From: Patescibacteria group bacterium
Lineage (GTDB): Bacteria; Patescibacteriota; Microgenomatia; UM-FILTER-40-11
Reading direction: 5' to 3'
DNA length: 64,000 bases
Assembly: GCA_035530075.1 (NCBI GenBank)
Contig: DATKVM010000002.1
Span: 24,818 to 88,817 of the forward strand
Numbering within the stretch: position 1 is the first letter of the stretch; each line of letters opens with the position of its first letter. Shown one piece after another: positions 57,389 to 64,000 of the stretch. A program made the position numbers and the translations under genes. Under the pieces are notes generated by a model that was given only the letters and a program-made list of their open reading frames with translations, made no database searches and had not been told where the DNA came from.

Positions 57389-57997
57389 TTATAAATCAAG
57401 CAAAAAATCAAGTTCCTTAATCCGTCCTAGTTCTTGTTCTATCTTTTCAACCAAAACCCCAACTGGCTCGTTCCCATCCATAACTAAGTCAGCATATTTC
57501 TTTTGAGGAAAGACAAATTTTCTTTGACTCTCAAGAAATTTCGTCTTTAGGTATTGGGAATTATCCCAGTGTTTATTTCCTTTCCTCCTGGCTATCCTCC
57601 TTTTTAAGATTTCGTCTTCCGGCAGTTCAATAAATATTCTTTTGTCAAAAAAACTTCTCGCAACGGGATGATAATAAATTAAAAAACCTTCAACGATAGT
57701 TAAGGCCTTGGGGGGAACAGTTTTTTCTTTTATTCCTTCATCATCACTCTCTCGAGAATGACTTTCAAATCTAATCTCTTGGCCCTGTTTAAGTCTGCTC
57801 AAATCATCAATGAATTTTTCATAGTCATAAAGGTTCGGGCTTTCCCAATCAGTGACCTTCTCATAATCAAGTTTATCTGCTCCCAAAAAATAATCATCAA
57901 AGGAAACAACGGCAATTTTATCCAGCAGTTTAGCCTGAAGCTCTTTTACTAAAGCGGTTTTCCCGGAGCAACTCCCGCCGCAAATCCCAACCAGCAT
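57389..57997 (-). CDS. uridine kinase / PRK-family P-loop nucleoside kinase
   Basis: Walker A GICGGSCSGKT near the N-terminus and VVSFDDYF. 202 aa. Confidence 0.65.
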   Translation of the reverse strand: MLVGICGGSCSGKTALVKELQAKLLDKIAVVSFDDYFLGADKLDYEKVTDWESPNLYDYEKFIDDLSRLKQGQEIRFESHSRESDDEGIKEKTVPPKALTIVEGFLIYYHPVARSFFDKRIFIELPEDEILKRRIARRKGNKHWDNSQYLKTKFLESQRKFVFPQKKYADLVMDGNEPVGVLVEKIEQELGRIKELDFLLDL

Positions 57998-58076
57998 TAG
58001 CTAAATATTAACATATTCCGGGTTCTGACAAAAAACTTTCCCAATTATTACCAAAATCCTAAAAATAAAAGTTATT

Positions 58077-58985
58077 GTGGTCTTCGTGAAGAAGAGAACT
58101 TGGGCGAGCATCCTCTTGGTTATCGGAACCGTGATTACTCCCCTAGCCATTATTACCCTCTGGCTTAATAGCACCCTTCTTAACACCAATCAATATGTTG
58201 CCACGATCGCCCCTTTAAGCAAAAATCAGGCGATTGCCTCCGACCTGGCCGACAGTCTGGCCAACCGAGTCTTTACTCAAGTGCCAGTTCAGCAGGAAAT
58301 CAGCGCGGCCATACCTGTCAGCTTTCAATTCCTCGCCCCAATTTTGACTCAAGCGCTAAAAAATTTCTTCACCCAGGAAACGGAGGCCCTAATCACCTCC
58401 GATCAATTCAATCAAGTTTGGATTAGCCTAAACCGCTTTGCCCACGAGCAAATCGTGGCTCTTTTAACCGGTCAAGGGGGGGCTTTGGTGACCAAGAACG
58501 GTCAAGTAACCCTCGATCTTCAGGCAATCTTTGACCAGGTTAAGACTCGCCTCTCTCAAAAAGGCATCACTCTTTTTCAAAATGTCACTTTATCTGCGGA
58601 AAACAACCAGGTGGTATTGTTTCAATCGCAATTTTTAGCCCAAGCCCAAAGTTTCATCAGTCTTATCGCCAAGCTCAGGATTATTCTCCCGATTTTGGCA
58701 CTGGCGGCTTTTATTTTCGGAATAATACTTTATTCAAATTATGCCCGAGGATTATTCTGGACAGGAATTGGCTTACTGCTCGTCGGAATTGCTTTAATAA
58801 TTATTATCGCTATCGCCCGCTCCTCTTTCCCGTCTTACACCCCAAATTTATCTCCCACTGCCTCCGCCGCTTTTTATGATACGATTGTCCGCTATCTGCA
58901 AAATGCCGCCTGGATTACAATTACCGTCGGTTTAATCCTGACCCTGGTCTTCTTCTTTATCTCCAGAAGGGAAGCTAAATCTTAA
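58077..58985 (+). CDS. membrane protein, unknown function
   Basis: An N-terminal TM, a soluble middle and two C-terminal TM helices. No motif recognised. Confidence 0.5.
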   Translation: MVFVKKRTWASILLVIGTVITPLAIITLWLNSTLLNTNQYVATIAPLSKNQAIASDLADSLANRVFTQVPVQQEISAAIPVSFQFLAPILTQALKNFFTQETEALITSDQFNQVWISLNRFAHEQIVALLTGQGGALVTKNGQVTLDLQAIFDQVKTRLSQKGITLFQNVTLSAENNQVVLFQSQFLAQAQSFISLIAKLRIILPILALAAFIFGIILYSNYARGLFWTGIGLLLVGIALIIIIAIARSSFPSYTPNLSPTASAAFYDTIVRYLQNAAWITITVGLILTLVFFFISRREAKS

Positions 58986-58996
58986 CGCGAAAAGGT

Positions 58997-59025
58997 CAGA
59001 AACTTTTGGGGAGAGAAAGCAAGGG
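58997..59025. repeat. intergenic repeat family 1, copy A (TCAGAAACTTTTGGGGAGAGAAAGCAAGGG)
   Basis: One of four near-identical 28-30-nt copies; the others are at 59753, 60218 and 60869. Confidence 0.8.
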
Positions 59026-59029
59026 CTTG

Positions 59030-59620
59030 TCAAACCCTTGGGCAGACATCGACAATATCAGAATTTTTCAAAAGAACTGTCTTGTCGGTTGTGTAAATTA
59101 ATCCTTTGTTGGGCTTAATTTCAAAACCCAAATAAACAATTTTTACTTTTCTTTTTTTAAGCTCAGTTACCGCTGGCTGTAAATCAGAATCAGAGCTACA
59201 AAGAATAGCGGTATCAATCTCCTTGCCACAAGCCAAAGAAACCAAATCAACGGCAATTTTAACATCCACTCCTTTTTCCCTAAAGATAACTTTTTTGTGC
59301 CCATTAATGGTTACTGTTTGGCCACGAACATTGCCTGCCATAATAAAAGTAAAGCCTTGTTTTTCCAAATTCGTTCTTAATCTCCGCTGGAAATTAACTA
59401 GTTCCTTTGACTTTTTAAGAGTCTCTTTGTTCTCGTGTAGCCGAGCCCCATAAAAAAACATTTTCGACAATTTATAATCTGAAAGGCGCTTCCCGAAGAG
59501 CTCTTTTAAATTAATCCGAGCAAGATCAATCTTAGCTTCACTAATTTTTCTCGCTTCTAGAACTTCTTCGACTTTGTGAAGAAAATTTTCTCCGTCAATG
59601 AAAAGAAAGGTTTTGGGCAT
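59030..59620 (-). CDS. NYN-domain (LabA/DUF88-like) protein
   Basis: FLFIDGENF...GVDVKIAVDLVSLAC...AILCSSDSDLQPAV, with NYN/PIN-like acidic residues. Confidence 0.7.
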   Translation of the reverse strand: MPKTFLFIDGENFLHKVEEVLEARKISEAKIDLARINLKELFGKRLSDYKLSKMFFYGARLHENKETLKKSKELVNFQRRLRTNLEKQGFTFIMAGNVRGQTVTINGHKKVIFREKGVDVKIAVDLVSLACGKEIDTAILCSSDSDLQPAVTELKKRKVKIVYLGFEIKPNKGLIYTTDKTVLLKNSDIVDVCPRV

Positions 59621-59752
59621 CTCGCCTATTATGCCACAAAAAACCTCGCCGAGCTAGAAGCAAAGGCGAGGCGTTGATAATCCAAATATACCCCACTAAC
59701 AGGCGCCTGTCAAGGACTGAACTGGCACAGTTTGGTATATTTGAAAAATAGG

Positions 59753-59780
59753 GAGAAATTTTTGGGAGAAAAAGCAAGGG
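59753..59780. repeat. intergenic repeat family 1, copy B
   Basis: GAGAAATTTTTGGGAGAAAAAGCAAGGG. Confidence 0.8.
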
Positions 59781-59786
59781 ATTCTT

Positions 59787-60188
59787 TTAGGTTTTGGGTT
59801 GATTTAAAAGTTCGTCGAGAATATGATTTTTTGGCTCTCTTTCGGCATAGTATTCTCGCCAGTTGGGATCAAATTCATCTAAAAGCAGCTTAATCGGTTT
59901 GCCCAATTTAATCGCGTGATGCATTTCGTTTAAAGGGCCATGAGAAACACCAAAAAGCCAAAATTCATCAGCGATTTCCACCAACCTTAAACAAAACTCC
60001 CAGGTTCTCGCTTTCCCGATCGGTCCGCCTTCATATCGGGCAAATGGCAATGCTTGAAAAGGATGAAGAGGACCTTTCCCTTCTTTGGTTACCTCGTCCA
60101 TTTGCTTCTCAACGTCTGAAGGATCCTTAATCAGTCTTGAAGGAACAGCCATGTAAACAAGGTTTGCTTTACTCTCTGGATTAAGCAT
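59787..60188 (-). CDS. DUF4406-like protein (nucleoside 2-deoxyribosyltransferase-like fold)
   Basis: KANLVYMAVPS...LFGVSHGPLNEMHHAIKLGKPI resembles the YLAGP...GT.FE.G.A.A.GKP pattern. Confidence 0.45.
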   Translation of the reverse strand: MLNPESKANLVYMAVPSRLIKDPSDVEKQMDEVTKEGKGPLHPFQALPFARYEGGPIGKARTWEFCLRLVEIADEFWLFGVSHGPLNEMHHAIKLGKPIKLLLDEFDPNWREYYAEREPKNHILDELLNQPKT

Positions 60189-60217
60189 ATTAATAAGTTA
60201 ATCTTACCACAACAAGG

Positions 60218-60247
60218 CCAGAAATTTTTGGGGAGAGAAAGCAAGAG
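60218..60247. repeat. intergenic repeat family 1, copy C
   Basis: CCAGAAATTTTTGGGGAGAGAAAGCAAGAG. Confidence 0.8.
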
Positions 60248-60296
60248 ACTCTCTAGCCTTCGCACTCGACGAGTGTGAAGGCTAACACTTTTTTAA

Positions 60297-60785
60297 TTAA
60301 TCCCGCCCTGTAAACGGAATAGTTCTCCATCCTTTGCCTGTTTCTTCTCTGGCTTGAGCCTCTTTTCCATTCAATAAAGAATGATAACTTTTAACCATAT
60401 TTCCCAGTACCCTTATTGGACTACCCTCTGTGCTGTCTTGATTAAAAGCTACTCCTTGGACAAAACGACCTAAATCCCGAGCGATATCAAACACGTGCCT
60501 TTCTAAATTCGGCGGATAACCAATACAACCAGGGCCAAAGTTTTCTCTTAGATCTACAAAAACTTGTCTTGCAACAAAGCATGAGGCCATAAGTTCATCG
60601 CTAGCTACTCCCGCTAAATCACGAATCTCTAGGCCTGTTTTCAACTTGTTTTGGGGGTCTAACAATTCTTCCATCTCAAAAAAAGCTTCCATACTCCCTT
60701 TGGCCATCTCTTGTGAAAGCCTACCCATGCTCGTGGCAAAGGACTGACTTACCTCTTGAATTTTTGCCTGTTCTATCGTTGTCAT
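60297..60785 (-). CDS. hypothetical protein. The start is reassigned to the ATG at 60785, which has GGAGGTGG 6 nt upstream.
   Basis: The upstream sequence caagagaggaggtggaaaaATG gives MTTIEQAKIQEV. No family recognised. Confidence 0.5.
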   Translation of the reverse strand: MTTIEQAKIQEVSQSFATSMGRLSQEMAKGSMEAFFEMEELLDPQNKLKTGLEIRDLAGVASDELMASCFVARQVFVDLRENFGPGCIGYPPNLERHVFDIARDLGRFVQGVAFNQDSTEGSPIRVLGNMVKSYHSLLNGKEAQAREETGKGWRTIPFTGRD

Positions 60786-60868
60786 TTTTCCACCTCCTCT
60801 CTTGATAAAAATACTGCCCCTTAAGGCAGTTTTGTTGTCATTATAGCATAATCCCACATAGCCCAAAG

Positions 60869-60896
60869 TCAGAAGTTTTTGGGGAGAGAAAACAGG
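60869..60896. repeat. intergenic repeat family 1, copy D
   Basis: TCAGAAGTTTTTGGGGAGAGAAAACAGG. Confidence 0.8.
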
Positions 60897-60953
60897 ATGC
60901 GATTCAAATATACCAAAAGCTAACTTTTTCTTAATCTCAAATTTTTCTTGAAA

Positions 60954-62069
60954 TTAACTTTTGGCAAAGGGTTTATCTTTTGTGTTTCTTGCCAAATATA
61001 CTGAAATCTTATCACAGTAACTTTTTACACACTCAGTATTTTCCAGATCTGAAACTACATAAGTTTGTACAGGTATTCTAATATCTGAAGAATAAAATTC
61101 TTTTCTCCTAATAAGTCTAGAAATAGTGTCTTCTCTCCCGTGGGAAATCCAGTCCATACCCTTTACTCCACTTACTCGAGAAACAACATCCAATGTTCCA
61201 TCAAATTTATGAGTTGTGTATAACTTTGTGGCAAAACTAACAACCGGTGTGAAAATCTTTATAAAACCCGACTCAGATATTTCGGTATTAATTTTCCTGC
61301 TATCACAAAGGTTAAAGACAACTTCTCCACCGCAACCAACTGCAACCCTGGTAAAAAAAATCTTTCCGTATCCTTTTTCTTCTGCAAGCCAATATTTTCC
61401 ACCGTATCCAAATTCCCACCCAATACCCCCAGACACTCCTAGCGGGTTCGCCGCACTAATAATTCCTATTGGTTCAAGCTTAGAATACAACTGGTCCGGA
61501 TAAGATAATTTTTCAAAAACGTCAATTTTCCTCCGCGGATATATCCCCAAGCTAATTATAATGACGTCTTCGCCAGCATCTTCAATTCCAGAAATGAACT
61601 CGTCAAATTCATTAACTATCTCAATCTGCCGCATTTGGGAGACTCTGTCTAACCCCTGCATCAATTGATTTAATTGCCCAAGCACGTAATTCTCTCTCGC
61701 CTCGTCTAAAACGTCTGTTAGCCATACTGTGGGAAACATATTTTTAGCGTTTGCTGTGTAATATGTTTTTGAGACTGAAGAGTCAATTTTTTCGTCCATC
61801 AAAACAACGATTCTTAAATCTGCCGATGACTGATGCAAATTATTAATATCGTTGAGAACCATACTTTCTGAAGCAATTAGTTCAACGTGAATTATCTTTC
61901 CATCCCAAAGGAAAGTCGCAGTATCCAATCTTCCGCTTGTGACACCGTAAGCTTCCTTGAGTGTACAAGATCCCTGGTACGCTTTGTCGAATAATTCCTT
62001 TAACCTAGCTTCGACAATTCCATGAAGTTTCTTGTCCTTCCGGAGTTGTAAAATATCCTCATTCTTCAT
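60954..62069 (-). CDS. hypothetical protein, 371 aa
   Basis: Long ORF with AT-rich composition. No family recognised. Confidence 0.5.
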   Translation of the reverse strand: MKNEDILQLRKDKKLHGIVEARLKELFDKAYQGSCTLKEAYGVTSGRLDTATFLWDGKIIHVELIASESMVLNDINNLHQSSADLRIVVLMDEKIDSSVSKTYYTANAKNMFPTVWLTDVLDEARENYVLGQLNQLMQGLDRVSQMRQIEIVNEFDEFISGIEDAGEDVIIISLGIYPRRKIDVFEKLSYPDQLYSKLEPIGIISAANPLGVSGGIGWEFGYGGKYWLAEEKGYGKIFFTRVAVGCGGEVVFNLCDSRKINTEISESGFIKIFTPVVSFATKLYTTHKFDGTLDVVSRVSGVKGMDWISHGREDTISRLIRRKEFYSSDIRIPVQTYVVSDLENTECVKSYCDKISVYLARNTKDKPFAKS

Positions 62070-62104
62070 TAACTAATTTTATCACTACAACCCAAATCCA
62101 TGCG

Positions 62105-62163
62105 TAAGAATCTTTGGGGGCTATGGTTGGGGAATTATGGGGTATGGAGTTTCTGCTTTTTCT
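62105..62163. repeat. intergenic repeat family 2, copy E
   Basis: TAAGAATCTTTGGGGGCTATGGTTGGGGAATTATGGGGTATGGAGTTTCTGCTTTTTCT. Confidence 0.8.
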
Positions 62164-63100
62164 AAATGAGGACTACTTCCTTGGGCCCAAAATCAGTGTA
62201 ACTTTTGACTGTCTTTCCCACCTGGAGTCGAGGGTCGCTTTGGTAAAGAGCTAAGATTTCGGCAAAAGAGCTGTCATCTTCTCTCGAGGTTAAAGTAGCA
62301 ATTTTGTCAATCAATTCCAGTTCACTTTTGGCCAGTACGGACAAATCTTTAAAATGTTTATCCATAAATTTCGTGTAGTCCCAAGGCAGAAGTTCAATTT
62401 TATTCAAGGCTGCTAAATCACGGAAGACGCTTCCCCTCATAAACCAAAATCCCTGAACCAAAGTCTCGTTTATGCCAAATAAGTTAGCGTCCATCTTCCC
62501 CGCCCGGCAAATGTTCCAAGCTTTTCCAGATGGCATAAATTGATCTCTCGTTAAATCTAGCGGATTAATTGTTATCCTATACGTTTCAATCTCTTCCTTA
62601 CCCACCTCCGGATCAACTAAAATCCATTGCTTTTTTATCCCATCCCAATACTCACAAACCCAATGATCCCAAAAGTAGCCAGGAAGAAAGTAAGTCGCAA
62701 AACCACTGCGAAGGCGGGCAGGAACACTTTTTTGCCTTAAAAACGAACAAAGCAGTAAAGCAAAATCGCGACAAGTGCCAACAAACCTTTTTTTCGGTGA
62801 TCGAGTCTTAGCCAACGGAGAATCATCCAGTTCGATAATTCTAGCCAAAATTTCTTCAATATACCGAGTATTTGATTCAAGGATCCTATCTCTAGACAGC
62901 TTAAAACCATAGAGATCTTCGGTATTATTTTTATGGATAATCAGCCCGTGAATCACCTTACATAAATCAGCCACTAAATTAGGTAACTGATTCAACAGCG
63001 GGGCATATCTTCCAGGGTTGGTCACCGAGCTTTGGGTTGAATAATATTTTTGGGGACTAACTGGCTTTTTCATTAATATCATTATAGCTGACAAAGCCAA
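62162..63100 (-). CDS. transglutaminase-like cysteine protease superfamily protein
   Basis: Cys in GTCRDFALLL, His in DHWVCEYW and Asp in ILVDPE form a C-H-D triad with core spacing. Confidence 0.6.
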   Translation of the reverse strand: MALSAIMILMKKPVSPQKYYSTQSSVTNPGRYAPLLNQLPNLVADLCKVIHGLIIHKNNTEDLYGFKLSRDRILESNTRYIEEILARIIELDDSPLAKTRSPKKRFVGTCRDFALLLCSFLRQKSVPARLRSGFATYFLPGYFWDHWVCEYWDGIKKQWILVDPEVGKEEIETYRITINPLDLTRDQFMPSGKAWNICRAGKMDANLFGINETLVQGFWFMRGSVFRDLAALNKIELLPWDYTKFMDKHFKDLSVLAKSELELIDKIATLTSREDDSSFAEILALYQSDPRLQVGKTVKSYTDFGPKEVVLI

Positions 63101-63168
63101 ATTTTATGTCTAAGAAAATTTTGAGGCTATGGGGAAGAAATTATGGAATGAGGTTTTTACTTTTTCTT
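63096..63168. repeat. intergenic repeat family 2, copy F
   Basis: CCAAATTTTATGTCTAAGAAAATTTTGAGGCTATGGGGAAGAAATTATGGAATGAGGTTTTTACTTTTTCTT. Confidence 0.8.
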
Positions 63169-63618
63169 GGTGAGCTTGATGTTGCCGACTTCTGTCATCC
63201 CTTCTTGCTCAAAGCCCAAGCTCTCGTAAAACTTTGTCAGCCAAGGCTCTTTGGGACTGTGGGTAACGGAAAAGTATTGATATTCCGGCGGATAATCCTG
63301 CTTTAAGGCAAACTCAACTAATCTTTCGCCTATCCCCTGCCGGCGAAACTCTTCTTTGACGAATAGTTCATCAAGAAAGATTGAATTGGGAAAGTGAGGA
63401 TGAGTTTTGTCCAACAGCCGGACCAGAAGATAGCCAACTGATTTTGAGTCAGATAAAGCCACGAAGAGAAGCTTCTCTTCCAAGGCCAACTTTAGTTTTA
63501 CCCCTTCTTCCTTGGCCTCATTTTTTGAAAGTTGTCGGCCATAGTAAGCCTGAAGCTCAAGCATCAGCTGATAAATTTCCTCTAGCTGTTCCAAAACCGC
63601 AACTTTAATCTCAACCAT
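63157..63618 (-). CDS. GNAT-family N-acetyltransferase
   Basis: EFRRQGIGERLVEFAL is an acetyl-CoA-binding motif A (Q/RxxGxG/A). Confidence 0.8.
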   Translation of the reverse strand: MVEIKVAVLEQLEEIYQLMLELQAYYGRQLSKNEAKEEGVKLKLALEEKLLFVALSDSKSVGYLLVRLLDKTHPHFPNSIFLDELFVKEEFRRQGIGERLVEFALKQDYPPEYQYFSVTHSPKEPWLTKFYESLGFEQEGMTEVGNIKLTKKK

Positions 63619-63640
63619 AAGGAAATTGTATCCTATCGAG

Positions 63641-63711
63641 CCAAATTTTGTGTAGGATTTTTGGGGGCTATGTTTGGGGAATTATGGGTTAGGAAGTTTT
63701 TGCTTTTTCTT
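63641..63711. repeat. intergenic repeat family 2, copy G
   Basis: CCAAATTTTGTGTAGGATTTTTGGGGGCTATGTTTGGGGAATTATGGGTTAGGAAGTTTTTGCTTTTTCTT. Confidence 0.8.
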
Positions 63712-63999
63712 CCTGTACTTGGCGTAAAGGAAACCAGAGAGGACGATAAAGGGAATAGCGGTAACAATATACCAAAAAGTCATGTCGCTAAGGTCTTTAA
63801 TTCTATTTGAAATGTAAAATTGCCAGATAAAAAGATATGGAAGCGGCGTAACGACTGAAACTAAAATATACGGCAAGAACTTCATTTTGGTTAAACCAAA
63901 GCCGTAAGAAATAAAGTCAAGCAGATTTCCCTGAAAAAGGCGGAGCAGGATCAGGCTTTTAATTCCGTGTTCTTTGGTAAACTCATCAACCTTATCCAT
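63682..63999 (-). CDS. membrane protein, DedA/SNARE-associated-like C-terminal region. The Met at 63999 may be internal, and the gene may continue past the window end.
   Basis: Three TM helices and a K-rich C-terminus. The ATG falls exactly at the window edge. Confidence 0.4.
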   Translation of the reverse strand: MDKVDEFTKEHGIKSLILLRLFQGNLLDFISYGFGLTKMKFLPYILVSVVTPLPYLFIWQFYISNRIKDLSDMTFWYIVTAIPFIVLSGFLYAKYRKKKQKLPNP

Positions 64000-64000
64000 A

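Noticed and set aside
58997-63711. Interpretation of the junction repeats as integron attC sites or a CRISPR array
   Set aside because: No IntI-type integrase lies adjacent; the only recombinase is Xer-type and 38 kb away. The repeats lack the R''/L'' and L'/R' inverted-repeat cores of attC. The spacers between them are full-length genes, not 30-40-nt spacers, and no cas genes are present. They are kept only as an unexplained repeat-punctuated array.

Overview
This 64-kb window looks like a small-genome bacterial chromosome segment with dense, short genes, probably a Patescibacteria/CPR-type organism. TGA is used as a stop codon, so it is genetic code 11. The organism assignment is inference from gene content only.

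Layout by coordinate:
(1) 1-10.4 kb is a type IV pilus locus on the minus strand: a PilX-like gene cut by the window edge, nine prepilin-type pilin paralogs, then pilD, pilC, pilT and pilB. One pilin carries tandem in-frame copies of the GFTLI leader/N-terminal motif.
(2) 10.5-16 kb holds replication genes: holB-like, gyrB and gyrA.
(3) 16-21.4 kb holds an AT-rich hypothetical gene, a 28-bp dif-like palindrome, MazG-like, a PspC-membrane-PspC trio, Nudix and a Xer-type tyrosine recombinase. An unexplained 580-bp non-coding stretch follows.
(4) 21.4-43 kb is housekeeping: yebC, tgt, a Kef-type antiporter, lspA, dksA/traR-like, lgt-like, tRNA-Leu(CAA), sodA, dnaB, hisS, rpmE, a domain-1-less release factor, htrA, ctpA, rpsR-ssb-rpsF and ychF.
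(5) 43-48.6 kb is an accessory region. A pyruvate,water-dikinase-like phosphotransferase with permuted domain order is flanked by two paralogous methyltransferase-fold genes lying in roughly 0.7-0.95 kb direct repeats. One repeat captured the first 21 nt of ychF. A pseudopilin-like gene, a small membrane protein, an unlisted zinc-ribbon mini-gene, a DUF134-type HTH gene and a DUF5320-like glycine-rich gene follow, with a duplicated 30-nt operator-like motif.
(6) 48.8-58 kb holds a methyltransferase, a divergent paralog pair, a BON protein, ksgA, a YflT-like stress protein, an AI-2E transporter, a radical-SAM/SPASM protein with a long N-terminal extension, an S2P-CBS protease and a uridine-kinase-like gene.
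(7) 59-64 kb is a co-oriented array of unrelated small genes (NYN, DUF4406-like, two hypotheticals, transglutaminase-like, GNAT, DedA-like). Each gene junction carries a conserved intergenic repeat from one of two related families.

No CRISPR array and no rRNA were seen. All homology statements rest on motif recognition by eye; no database search was run.
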